A stretch of DNA of 64,000 nt. It comes from Chloropicon primus. Its lineage: Eukaryota. The stretch spans positions 62,001 to 126,000 of the forward strand of contig CP060760.1 in NCBI GenBank assembly GCA_023205875.1, read 5' to 3'. Both the position numbers and the translations under genes were made by a program. Below the pieces are notes generated by a model that was given only the letters and a program-made list of their open reading frames with translations, had not been told where the DNA came from and ran no database searches. Every line of letters begins with the position of its first letter. The stretch's first letter is position 1. This document shows positions 29,910 to 40,177 of this stretch, one piece after another.

Positions 29910-30701
29910 TTAGTCCGCCTGAGGAGGTGGCTGCGGCGCCTGCGGTTGAGCGGCAGGTGCGCCGCCGACGTCGTTCCCTTCCGTCTTTGCCCCCGCCGAT
30001 TCCTTTGCCTGCTGCTCCTGGCCGGGGCTGGGCTGCGCGGAAGGAGGGGTCGGCGCTTGTGCTTGCACATCCGCAGCAGCGGGGGGGGAAGGATCAGAAG
30101 GGACCGGACCTGGTGGACCTGCTGCAGGCGGGGCCGTGCCCTCGTCGGGCGCACTCGAGGGCGGCGCCTGCCGCTGGGGACTCGCTTGGTCACTGCTTCC
30201 ACCACCGTTACTTGCCTTCTCGTTTCCTGCGCTGGGGTTGTCGTTGTCGTTCTGCTGATCAGACACCTGCGGCGGAGTAGCCTCCGGCGATGCGGTCATC
30301 GGCCCATCCGATTCGATTGCGATGCTCAAGCGCGAGCTTCGCCTCGGAGGCATCTTCCTCGACGAGGATCTGGGCCGTGTGCTGTCAGGGTCCGGCGACG
30401 GCGACCTCGCGCGCTTGTATGGAACTCGAACGGGATCGATGTTCTTCGGCGGACCGCACCTCTCCACGGGCAACGGAGCACCCGTCGCCACCCACCTCAA
30501 CACGTGAAACCCTCCGAGAGCTTGGCCGTCTGCTCCTTGGTGAGCAGCACAAACCACAGGCACCCTCTCCCAATGCCTCACCCTCCCTCCGAACGAAGCC
30601 AACTGATCCTCTTGCTCCTGCTGCATCGCCAGCGACGCCGCCATCGCGGCGGCCTGACCCCTCGTCGCCCGCTCCCATGGACTGTACCTCGTCGAAGACA
30701 T
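29910..30701 (-). CDS. BCL7-domain (plant BDH-like) SWI/SNF-associated protein, putative
   Basis: N-terminal SSTRY...FGGRVRHWERVPV...VLRWVA resembles the BCL7 N-domain (VRKWEKKWV...KWVP; plant SSTRYG...GPVRKW). The remainder is Pro/Ala/Gln-rich and disordered. Confidence 0.6.
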   Translation of the reverse strand: MSSTRYSPWERATRGQAAAMAASLAMQQEQEDQLASFGGRVRHWERVPVVCAAHQGADGQALGGFHVLRWVATGAPLPVERCGPPKNIDPVRVPYKRARSPSPDPDSTRPRSSSRKMPPRRSSRLSIAIESDGPMTASPEATPPQVSDQQNDNDNPSAGNEKASNGGGSSDQASPQRQAPPSSAPDEGTAPPAAGPPGPVPSDPSPPAAADVQAQAPTPPSAQPSPGQEQQAKESAGAKTEGNDVGGAPAAQPQAPQPPPQAD

Positions 30702-31163
30702 ATTTCCTCGTTCTCAATCAATCGATCGAACAAGCAATCTTCCTCGTCCTCAAATGCTCACCAGAGCGCCGTTTCCTTCGAGCGACGGCACGTTCGAAAG
30801 AGCAAGAGACAACTCTTCTGCCTGTTTCCCTCTCGTCCGGCCCAACTCCCGTCCTCGTCGTCGACTTGTCGCCTCTCTCCCTCTCTCTCTCTCTCTCTGA
30901 CGCGCCGAAGCGAGTGATCGCCGATTCAAGGGTTTTTCTTCTGATGGATTTTCGCTGAATCATAACGGGCGAGCACGAGGGCGAACGAGGACGAGAGAGA
31001 GAGAAAGAAGGAGGGACGGAGCGCGCGGTGAGGGGAGAGAGAGACGGAAGACAGAACGAGCGGAAGCTTCGTCTCTTGATCTTTCGAACGAGCCGTCGCT
31101 CGAAGAGAATGACCCGGTGGTGAGGGTCATGGGAGGAACACGGACACACGGACGGACGGGAAG

Positions 31164-31740
31164 ATGGCGGTGACGAGGGGGAGCGGGAAAGAGGCAGAGG
31201 ACGGAGGGCAGGGATGCGTTGGAGGTGCTGCCAGAGAGTGCGTGGGCCCAGGTTCGGGAAAGCCTGGAGGATTACGACGACTGTCTCGCTTTTGCTAGGA
31301 CCTGCAAGAGGATCGTGTCGGAGCACGCGTACTTGATGAAAGGAGCTGCTCATTGCGGTGACCTCGACACGATGAAGTGGTTGGTTAAACAGGGGATTCG
31401 TCCCCCCCCCAAAAAAGTTCGACTGTGGCTACACCGGTAGTGCTGTCGCGGCTGCTAAAATGGGTCACTTTCATGTGCTCTACTGGATGAAGAAACAGGG
31501 CTACAGCTTCGAACTCGAGCGTATCTGCACGGCGGCTGGTAGCATGCCATGACGATCGATATCCTGGGGTGGCTTCGCAACCTGGACCCGCCTTGCAAGT
31601 GGTATCCCGAACACGGTCAGTACGAGTTGGGTATGATGCACCGAATCGAAAACCTTGCTGGTACTCCGATAGACAGGTACAGGGTCCTCGCATGGATCGC
31701 ACTTAACTCTGATGGGAGAGAATACGGAAGCTACTGGTGA
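31164..31740 (+). pseudogene. Frameshifted ankyrin-repeat protein remnant
   Basis: Pieces lie in different frames: LEVLPESAW...LAFARTCKR...AAHCGDLDTMKWL; AAAKMGHFHVLYWMKKQG; IDILGWLRNLDPPCKW. One shift falls near a C9A6 homopolymer at 31402-31416. Confidence 0.65.
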
Positions 31741-31922
31741 AACTTTGCTTAATCTGTATTTCTTTTTGCTTTTGATTTGGTCCCCTGCTTCCTCGCTTGT
31801 TTGTCCCTCCCCCTCCTCCATTGTCACCAATCGAGTAAACGATCGAGGCGACCAGGGTGTGCCACGAGGAGGCAACGCGTGCGAGAGGAAGGCAGCCGCA
31901 CCATTGATCACGTATATCACAA

Positions 31923-32945
31923 CTAGTAGGCGGCGAAGAGTTCCACGCCCATGGAAAGCCTAACAAAGTCCAGGAGGCACAGAACAGCCATCGATGCCGC
32001 CAGGGCGCTGACTATTGTGTCTTGGATAGAGTAGTGGGAGGACTTGATCGCCTTTTTCGCGTTCTCATCCACTTGGAAGAACATGGGGTAGCTCACCAAG
32101 AAGTAGATGCCATAAAACGCCGATCCTAACACGTACGCCTGGTTCCTGTCCTCAAAGCTGTAATAGGGGAAGGCGCAGATCGTCAGAGCCTCTCCAAAAG
32201 CCGTGGTGTACGACATGGAAGCAATCACAGACCACTCAAAGAAGTGCCTGAAACCGTTCGCCGCGTAAGTGTCTCTAATCCAGCGGATAACGAAGTTGCT
32301 CAGAGCATGGTAGAACATGAAGTAAGCATGGGTCATCAAGTATAGGCACAGCGGGACGTCGTTCAACCGGAAGGCCTCGAACGTGTATCGAGCCTGTGAG
32401 GCAAAGGAAAGAAAGAAAGCAAAGCAAAAGACACCAGTGGTTCAGTTCGTGTGCCTTGGCGTTGGCGAGAGCGCCATCATCCCCATCAACGAGGCGTGGC
32501 TGACACTCACCTTGAGCACCCTGTAGAAGTAGTGGGTGTACCAGTAGTTCCCAATGAAGCTGAAGATCGCGATCCAGACGTTTGCCTTTGTGATGTATCG
32601 CTCCCTCCATGGGATTTTGGCCTCTTCCTCGCTGGGGAAGGCGTATGGCACAACGACGTATGGGACAGCGCAGAAGAGCCCGATGAGCATGTACCCCGTG
32701 GGTCCCCACCACTCGTACGCTTGCGTCGCGATCACGACAACGACTGCGGCAATCCACAGAGCGGCAAGCTTCAAGCTGTACGCCTCTCCCTCTCTCTTGC
32801 TGGCGTTCGCGGCCATTCCCTTGGGCCTCGACCTCTTGGTCACTTTCTTCGCGTTCTTCGTCAAAAGGAGGGAGGACGCGAAGAGGAGTCCGCCCATACA
32901 GGTGAACACTCCTCCCATTGCCTTCCACATCGCCTCGTCCTCCAT
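31923..32945 (-). CDS. CPI1: Cycloeucalenol cycloisomerase (cyclopropylsterol isomerase), 2 exons
   Basis: Exons 32945-32511 and 32393-31923 give KANVWIAIFSFIGNYWYTHYFYRVLK|ARYTF...NDVP...THAYFMFYH...FPYYSF...GSAFYGIYFLVSYPMF. Confidence 0.93.
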
Positions 32946-33202
32946 TGCGCTGCGCTGCCTTGCTCCGTGGGCGAGGTGGACACCACCACCACCTGCCACA
33001 ACACGCCGACACCGACCGTTTTCGAGTTTTCAAAGATCTCGAGAGCGAGGAGCTTGATGATGGCGCTGGGGGTGGGGATTGATGTGCACAAAGACAAAGA
33101 CACAAAGGTTTATAATAATGGATAAAGAGAACAAGGAACAGGAATCGGGATCGGGATCGGTTACTGGCTTGATCCTTCACGGCTTCTTAAGGTTCAGCTC
33201 CT

Positions 33203-35536
33203 TCACGATTTCAGGGTCCTCTGCCCTTGCTGCTGCTTTTTGTCCTTGTGGTCCTTCTCGACGGACTTGCGTCGCCTCCTTTTCTCTTCGACTTCATCGG
33301 CAAACTCCTTCATCTTCTTTTCCTTCTCCTCTTCGCTCAGGACCGCGAACAGGCCCGACCTGATGGGATCCCTGGAGTTTGCCAATATATCCGCAGACCT
33401 CTTGAACTCGTCCCTCAGATAGAAGATCGTCTTCCTGCCCACGACCCTCCCGAGGTCGTTCGAGATTTGGAAGGGGTCCTCGATGCAGATCAAGTGGTTG
33501 TCCCCCTTTGTCCTCGTCATCCAGCCCTTCTCCCCCTTCGTGAGCCAGTCTCCCAAACGCATGGAGATCACGCTGGACTTGTAATTGTGGCGGTAGCCCC
33601 AATAGTAAAAGAACTGGTAAAGGAGCTCCGCCGTGGTGAGCTTGTTCGAGGCGCCAAACCCCTCAAAGCGCTCCGTCTCGCCAACGTACCGGCACTCCCA
33701 GCCGTCCACTTCCTTGTCCACGGTGGGAATGTACTGGTGGTCGTCCTGGAGGCAGGGCAGGATGGCGGGCTGGATGGTCTGCAGCAAGTGGATCACCATG
33801 ATGACGTACGCATAGGAAGAAAGAGTCCCCTTGAATGCCCCGTTCACCCCCCTGCACTTTGACCAATGCTTAATCAGTATCACGAGCTCCTTCAATCTCG
33901 GATCGATCTCCGAGTACTTTCTCAGCAACGAGGTGTTCTCCACTGCAAGGAGGTTGTTCACGCAAATGTCGCACTCGATTCCCGTTTCCGGCTCGATGAA
34001 TTTCACGATCGGGACCCTCGCCTTTGGTATGGGAATAACCTTGGACATCCTGTTCCTGCGCAGCAGCCTGGCCATCTGCTTCACCACCTGCTGTTGGGTG
34101 GGCCTGTTGTCTACGTTGTTGTTGTTGTTGTTGTTGTTGTTGTTGAGCTGCTCCTCTTGCTCATTCTCGCTCTCGCTGCCAGAGTCCTCATTCTCGGGAT
34201 CAGAGGCGTCCGTCTTCACTTCAATCTCGATGGACAAGTCGATGTCGTGGTTCTTGCAGACCCCAAGGTTGTTGGCCGAGGAGCCAAACATGTGCAAAGC
34301 CGACCCTTTGAACGTCTTGTTCAGTATTCTCTGAATTTTCTTGAAGCACTTCTTCTTCATAGCGACCTCCTCTCTCGAAGGCAAGAGCTTGATGTAAATA
34401 TCCTTCAGTTGCTTTTGGAGGACGTGGGGCTGCCATTTCGGTTGCTTCGTGTACTCCAGATTCTGCCCCCTCTCGTTGGACCTCCTGTGGTTCATCTTCA
34501 TGCTCCTGTTGTCTTGATCCCTCTTGTGGAAGTCCGGCCCGCCGCGGCTGTTGTTGCGCTGCCGACTCGAATGGGGCGGCTGCTGACCCTTGTCCACCTC
34601 TCTCCGCCTTTCGTTCAGGTGCCTCGCCCCCGCGCCCCCGAGCGATGACATGGGCTGCGTGAAAGTTCTCTGCTGGTTCCCCTGGACGTGTCCTTGCGGT
34701 TGACCGCCGAAGCCCCCGCCAAGCGGAGCGTTCTCCATCCGCCTCAGTAATATGGGTTCCGAGAAGCCCTGGTCAGTTTGCCGCGGCATGAGGGAGCCCA
34801 TCGGCGGTGGGTGCTGCCGCTGCTGGTTCCCACCGCCACCGTTGTCCTGGCGCTGCGCGGGCTTATTCCAAAGGTTGCCCAACCCCTGGTTGCTCTCTTG
34901 GGTGCTCATTGACCACGTGCTGTTTCCTCCGAACAGCAGGCTCGAGCCAACGTCCTGAACAAACTGGGTCGGGTTCCAGCCTCCACCGGCCTCGTCCCCC
35001 AAGCTCCCAGCCCCGGGGGCGCCCCCGCTCCGGCCTCGCTCCAACATGGCCTCCCCAAAGTTTCCTCCGGGACGGGACCCCATTCCAACCGCCCCGTTGC
35101 CGCCATCGAACAGACTCTGGTGATCATGTGTGGCTCTGGTGAACGCGTTCTGCTGCTGCTGCAGCAGTTGGTGGTGGTGCAAGCCAGGGGGCTGAGTGAC
35201 CCGACTGTTGAGGTGCATGTTCATGCCTGGGGGCAGCAACCCAGACTGCGGCCCGAAGTACGAGTGCTGCTGCTGCATGTTCTGCATGCCGGGGTTCCCC
35301 TGCGGCAGGGAAGCCGCCATGCTTCCAGGAGGTGCCTGGTGCCCCAAGGGGAGGCCTCCCCCCCCCATGGGCATGGGAGGGACGCCTCGCCTATCGTCGT
35401 TGCTGCTGGCGTTACTGCCGCCGCCTTGGAGGAGGGCCAGGAGACGGCTCCCATCGTCGCTCGTCGCCGCGAACCCGTCGGGTATCCCACCCAAGCTCCC
35501 CCGCTTCGGCTTCTCCTCGTCTCCCCACTCGTTCAT
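33203..35536 (-). CDS. URT1: URT1/Cid1-family terminal RNA nucleotidyltransferase
   Basis: MFGSSAN...DIDL, ARVPIVKF, CDIC, LSSYAYVIM and HLICIEDPF...DLGRVV, preceded by a long disordered N-terminus. The start is ATG 35536 or 35656. Confidence 0.9.
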   Translation of the reverse strand: MNEWGDEEKPKRGSLGGIPDGFAATSDDGSRLLALLQGGGSNASSNDDRRGVPPMPMGGGGLPLGHQAPPGSMAASLPQGNPGMQNMQQQHSYFGPQSGLLPPGMNMHLNSRVTQPPGLHHHQLLQQQQNAFTRATHDHQSLFDGGNGAVGMGSRPGGNFGEAMLERGRSGGAPGAGSLGDEAGGGWNPTQFVQDVGSSLLFGGNSTWSMSTQESNQGLGNLWNKPAQRQDNGGGGNQQRQHPPPMGSLMPRQTDQGFSEPILLRRMENAPLGGGFGGQPQGHVQGNQQRTFTQPMSSLGGAGARHLNERRREVDKGQQPPHSSRQRNNSRGGPDFHKRDQDNRSMKMNHRRSNERGQNLEYTKQPKWQPHVLQKQLKDIYIKLLPSREEVAMKKKCFKKIQRILNKTFKGSALHMFGSSANNLGVCKNHDIDLSIEIEVKTDASDPENEDSGSESENEQEEQLNNNNNNNNNNVDNRPTQQQVVKQMARLLRRNRMSKVIPIPKARVPIVKFIEPETGIECDICVNNLLAVENTSLLRKYSEIDPRLKELVILIKHWSKCRGVNGAFKGTLSSYAYVIMVIHLLQTIQPAILPCLQDDHQYIPTVDKEVDGWECRYVGETERFEGFGASNKLTTAELLYQFFYYWGYRHNYKSSVISMRLGDWLTKGEKGWMTRTKGDNHLICIEDPFQISNDLGRVVGRKTIFYLRDEFKRSADILANSRDPIRSGLFAVLSEEEKEKKMKEFADEVEEKRRRRKSVEKDHKDKKQQQGQRTLKS

Positions 35537-36163
35537 ACTCCCCTCTCGCAAACCTCTCCTCGTCTTTTTTTCAAACCCCTTTCGTAGCACCTTTCTTCCC
35601 AGTTCTCGCGTTCTTCGACGTAATACACCTGTCGTCGTCGCCCAAGCAGCTAGCATGCCGCAAGGTCTCTCCCCCCTTCACTCCTCCTCGCTACTGCGCC
35701 TCGTCGCTCCATCCCCATCCGCTTCCCCTTTCCGCTCTTGTCTTCTTCCTCGAGGGCTTCGGCTGCTTTCCGAGGGAGAGAGAGAGAGGGAGGGGGAGGG
35801 AGAGCAATGCAATGCAATGCGATGCAATGCTTTCAAAACTTCATCGCCAAAGGACAAGGGGGCTAGGGCAGGGGGCAAGAGGAAGGAATCAATCAATCAC
35901 GAGGACTTGCTGTGTGGACGAGGGACATGGGGTCCAAGGATGCTCGCGCTTATGTGTCCGGGGACGGGGACGGGGGCGATGATGTCAAAAGTTCCTGCAC
36001 CTGCACCAACCGCGCACAGGAAGAAGCGGACGAGAAGAGAAGAGTCGCACCGGGGAGTTTCCAGAGCAAAAAAACTTTTTGATTTGCGTCGTAATTAAAT
36101 TCCCAAACCCGTCATTCGCCATTCCCTTTCGTCCGCTTCCATGGAAGCGACGCGCGGCTCGGC

Positions 36164-37411
36164 TCACTTGTTGTACTTCCCGAACTGCCTGTTATACTCG
36201 AAAAAGTGAGCGACGTTCTCCTCCGGCGTGCCCACCATGACGCCGTGGCCAAGATTGAGCACGTGGCGTCCCTGCCCAGCCTTTGCGATGCAGTCGTCAA
36301 TGGCTTGCGAGATCCCCTCCTTGGTGGAAAAGAGCTTGGCGGGATCGACGTTTCCTTGTACGCTAATGTCCGACCTGAGCCTCTTCTTGGCATCCCCCAT
36401 GTCCAAAGTCCAGTCCAAGCCGATAACGTCTACGCCGGTGTCTTGCATCCTTTCCAGCAGGCCGCCGCAGCCCTGGGCATACAGGGTGAGGGGCACGTTG
36501 GGATACTTTTGCTTCACGTGACTCACGATGTGCTTGATGTAAGGGCCCGAGAACTTGTCCCACATGGCCGGAGGGAGCTGGCCGCCCCAAGAATCGAATA
36601 TCTGGATGCTCTGGGCCCCGCTCTCGATCTGGTAGTCGCAGTAGAGGGCGATGGAGTCCGCGAGCTTCTGGAGCAGGGCGTGCATGACTTCAGGACTGCT
36701 GTCGCAGAGGCACTTGATGACCTTGTACGCGTTGGTGCTCTTGCCCTCCACCACGTAGGTCGCCAGGGTCCAGGGCGCACCGACGAACCCCAGAATCGCG
36801 GGGACGTCCTCCGCCGACTTCACCTCGTCCCTCAGAATCCCAAGCGCCTTGCCCACGAAGTCGACCTTGTCGAACTCTATCTCATGCATGTCCTTCATGT
36901 CCCCCATCTCTCTCACCGGGGCGTCGATCATGGGACCCTTGGTCTCGTCGATCTCGAAAGGGATCCCCATGGCGTTCAGGGGCGTCAGAATATCGCTGAA
37001 CAGGATCAGGCCGTCCGGCTTGAACGAGCGGTAAGGCTGCAAAGTGATGTCCACGATGAGGTCCGTGGTCTCGCTCCTCTGCCTGAATCCAGGATACTTG
37101 GCAGAGAGGTCCCTGTAAGCCTTCTGGTACCTCCCCGCCTGGCGCATCATCCAAGCCGGAGGTCTATCCACCTCGTGCCCAAGCGCCGCCCTCACCAAGC
37201 GAGGCAGCTCCTTCTCCTCCCCACTCGCGGAGGCCGAGGTCACCACCCTCTTTCCAAGGTCCTCGCTCGTCGACACGTGAACCGCCGTGAAGCTGCTCGT
37301 GCGGCTCTGTCCGTGCATCCCCCCGCTCGCGCAGTGCATGCCCTGCCTCCCGATCAAACCGCTCTTGCTCATCCCCCTCGGCCGACTCCACATCACGTTC
37401 GTCCCTCCCAT
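36164..37411 (-). CDS. hemE: Uroporphyrinogen decarboxylase, plastid
   Basis: PPAWMMRQAGRY, ILFSDIL, GFVGAPWTLATY, QIFDSW, QGNVDP and LNLGHG, with a transit peptide. Confidence 0.97.
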   Translation of the reverse strand: MGGTNVMWSRPRGMSKSGLIGRQGMHCASGGMHGQSRTSSFTAVHVSTSEDLGKRVVTSASASGEEKELPRLVRAALGHEVDRPPAWMMRQAGRYQKAYRDLSAKYPGFRQRSETTDLIVDITLQPYRSFKPDGLILFSDILTPLNAMGIPFEIDETKGPMIDAPVREMGDMKDMHEIEFDKVDFVGKALGILRDEVKSAEDVPAILGFVGAPWTLATYVVEGKSTNAYKVIKCLCDSSPEVMHALLQKLADSIALYCDYQIESGAQSIQIFDSWGGQLPPAMWDKFSGPYIKHIVSHVKQKYPNVPLTLYAQGCGGLLERMQDTGVDVIGLDWTLDMGDAKKRLRSDISVQGNVDPAKLFSTKEGISQAIDDCIAKAGQGRHVLNLGHGVMVGTPEENVAHFFEYNRQFGKYNK

Positions 37412-37910
37412 CCTCTTGACAGCCAATCCCAAACCCAATCCCAAACCCAAACCTAATGTTCAGTCCTTCGTTCCTTCGTTCGGAGACGAAACGTGCCAAG
37501 TCCGGGCTCTTTCGAAAGCTCTTTCGAAGCCCTTGATCTCTATTAGCACGCCTCGTGTCGTCTCTCGTCCTGTCTGTGGTGAAACCGCGTTCCCTTCCCC
37601 CCTCTCACTCACCTCGTCGCGCGCCCGAAAGCCCGCGTTCTCAGCCGCCCAGCGATCGGGGAGATCTTGAAATCTTATCTTCAAATTCGAACTTCAAATC
37701 TCAATTCCTGTGAGGAACGAGAAACGGAGACGGGAGGTTTTGGAGGGCGAACGAGTCGAGGAGGTTTGGGTTGGGTTGTGGACTTTGTGGCCGCGTTGGA
37801 GGGCGACGGGTTGAGGTAAAGGGGACGAGGAGCTTGTGAGGTGAAAGATTGTTTCGTCTTCTTTCCGGAGACCTCTCTGTTGACGTTTTTGGTCCACGGA
37901 ACGCAACGCA

Positions 37911-37914
<4 letters not shown>

Positions 37915-37953
<39 letters not shown>
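37915..37953. repeat. (AG)n microsatellite, representative of many
   Basis: Similar tracts lie near gene 5' ends: (AG)n at 39981-40008 and 40143-40171, (GAC)n at 7468-7498, (TTC)n at 46901-46938 and (ATTG)n at 50197-50243. A (TTG)n tract at 34116-34144 encodes poly-Asn in URT1. Confidence 0.9.
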
Positions 37954-37956
<3 letters not shown>

Positions 37957-37987
37957 CATCCTCCAACCTGTGATTCCTGATAGAGCC

Positions 37988-38506
37988 ATGGTGCGTGCGA
38001 TAATGAAGGACCCGAAGACGGGGAAACAGGTGGCTGTGGATGTGGACGCGAAGGATTGGATCTGCTTGTATCCGGCGTACATCGATGCGAAGCGGTCGGA
38101 GTCGAAGGGGCGGAAGGTGTCGAAGGAGTTGGCGGTGGAGGCTCCCAACGTGATAGAGATGAACGACAGCTGCAGGCACCTCGGGTTGATGTCCATGATC
38201 GAGGACAAGAGGCATCCGGCGGATTTCTTCGTGAGGGGGAGGATCAGGGTGAAGCTGAAGGATGACAAAGGGAAGCCTTTGGTGCAAGCGGTTCCGACGA
38301 GGAAGGCCTTGCTGAGAGAGATATGCAAGCTGGTGCCGAACCACATGTCGAGGCAGAAGGCGAACGAGATGAGGCTGCAGCAGAAGGCGCAGGCTGCGGC
38401 CATGCTGAAGGGGAAGGACTCCTCGTCCTCCCAAGCGGCGTCGACCTCGTCGAGCAAGAGCAACAAGAAAAATAAGAAGAAGGGGAAGGGGAAGAAGAAG
38501 AAGTAG
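37988..38506 (+). CDS. SRP19: Signal recognition particle 19 kDa protein
   Basis: WICLYPAYIDAKRSESKGRKVSKELAV..P...KRHPADF..RGRIRV, with a Lys-rich tail. Confidence 0.95.
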   Translation: MVRAIMKDPKTGKQVAVDVDAKDWICLYPAYIDAKRSESKGRKVSKELAVEAPNVIEMNDSCRHLGLMSMIEDKRHPADFFVRGRIRVKLKDDKGKPLVQAVPTRKALLREICKLVPNHMSRQKANEMRLQQKAQAAAMLKGKDSSSSQAASTSSSKSNKKNKKKGKGKKKK

Positions 38507-38592
38507 GCCGGAGGCTCGACGGCAGCGCCCACTTGAGAGGTATATAAATTGTAATTCTAGTAAGCGGCTCACAGGCGAGGTGAACGGGGGCG

Positions 38593-39626
38593 TCACCCCA
38601 GAACTTTGTCCCGAATGAAGCGCACGATGTGACGCACGAGCTCGCCCCTGTGCTCCGGGTTCGTAAAGCAGTGGTCCGCGTGGCGGATGAGCTGGATCTC
38701 AGAGTCTTCGCCGTCGTTTCCTTCGCCCCCCTCCCGAAACGCCTCGACGTACGACGCGGCAGCCTCCACAGGAATTCTCTCGTCGCAGTCGCCGTGCGCA
38801 ACCAGGAGCACCACTTTCCGCGTCGACCCCTCGGGGCGGCTCAAATTCTGCGGCGGAGAGGAGATACAACAATACTGTGTTAGTCAGATTCTCTGCGGAG
38901 CCTCCTGCTCGGTGGGGCTGAGGTGCAGCTCGCTCGGCTCGGATCGAAAACGAAACGCACCCTTTTCATGTTTTTGATGGCCAGCCCCATGTCTATGCTC
39001 GCTCTCTCCTCCAACATTTCTTTCGTGAGCCAGAACGGCTGCCTCTTTTCGACCCCGATCAACTGCGGTTGGTTCGACGCCATCACCAGATCGACCACCT
39101 CCTGCCCGATACTCCTCTCCACGCCCTCTGCCATGTTGAATCGCCCGCTCACGCACACGACGCCGAAGGTCTCAGGCGAGGAGGGCTCCGGATTCAACTC
39201 GCTCATTGCCAGGGCGACGACACTCGCGGCTTTCGAGTGACCGACCACGCCCACAACGTCGAGGCCCATCCTGCCTCGCAAGTAACTGATCACGTTGATC
39301 AGCTCCTTCTTCTCCTTGTGGTATCCCGAGAAGGGCTCGGACCACCGCGTGGTGAACGTCATCCTCACCACTTGAAGCTTCGTCCCGTCTTCGTCTTCAG
39401 CATTCCTCCTCAGAACTCCTTCGCCAATCGCCATGAGAAGAGGATCGTACTTTGAGGACCACTGGCCAGGAACAAGCACGACCGCCGCACCTCCTGCGCC
39501 ACCCGTTGCCTCTCCAGGTCCGTCAGAGTCCAAGCAATCGATCTCGCAATCGATCTCGCCCACTTTAAAGGCCCTTCTCACCACCCTCCCCCTGTTCCGC
39601 ACGCCAGGACGCCTCTTCGCCTGCAT
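38593..39626 (-). CDS. Alpha/beta hydrolase, 2 exons
   Basis: Intron at 38960-38848. Nucleophile motif GHSKA, then VSGRF, HGDCDERIP (Asp) and ADHCF (His). The start is uncertain (39626, or further upstream within the ORF to 39953). Confidence 0.8.
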
Positions 39627-39978
39627 CAACACAACTCTTCCTGAAACGCTTTCGAAAGAGCAAGAGACTCTCCTCCTGCACGGCGTATCGCTCGAAAAAA
39701 CTCCGGCACCACCTCCCGTCCTCGTCCTCGGTGATGATGATGTGACCCCCCCTCTCGTTTCGCGTCCTCCAATCCTCGCCAGAGCTTCGAATCCTTCGCG
39801 CGACGGCTCTTTCGAAAGGGCAAGAGACAACGAAGCTTCCTTCTTTCCTGTCCTCCGTCCCCCCCCCTCTCTCTCTCCGCCGTGCGCTCCCGTCCTCTTC
39901 TCGTGCTCGTCTCGTCCTCGTTCGCCCTCGTGCTCGGCCGTTATGATGTTCAAATCAGCAACTGACGAGACGTGACAA

Positions 39979-40012
<34 letters not shown>

Positions 40013-40139
40013 GAGGAAAGAGATGTGCGTCACCGTGTGAGCGCGGCCGAGAACCTTATCGTCCCTTGAACGTGTTCTTCTCCTTCTTCCCCTTTGACGT
40101 CAGCGGCTTTTTGTCGCTCGGGGTCTTCGTCCAACGAAG

Positions 40140-40172
<33 letters not shown>

Positions 40173-40177
<5 letters not shown>

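Noticed and set aside
4775..37411. A heme/metal gene cluster (IsdG-like, COG0523, HemE)
   Set aside because: The genes are 7-23 kb apart and interspersed with unrelated housekeeping genes, as expected by chance in a compact genome.
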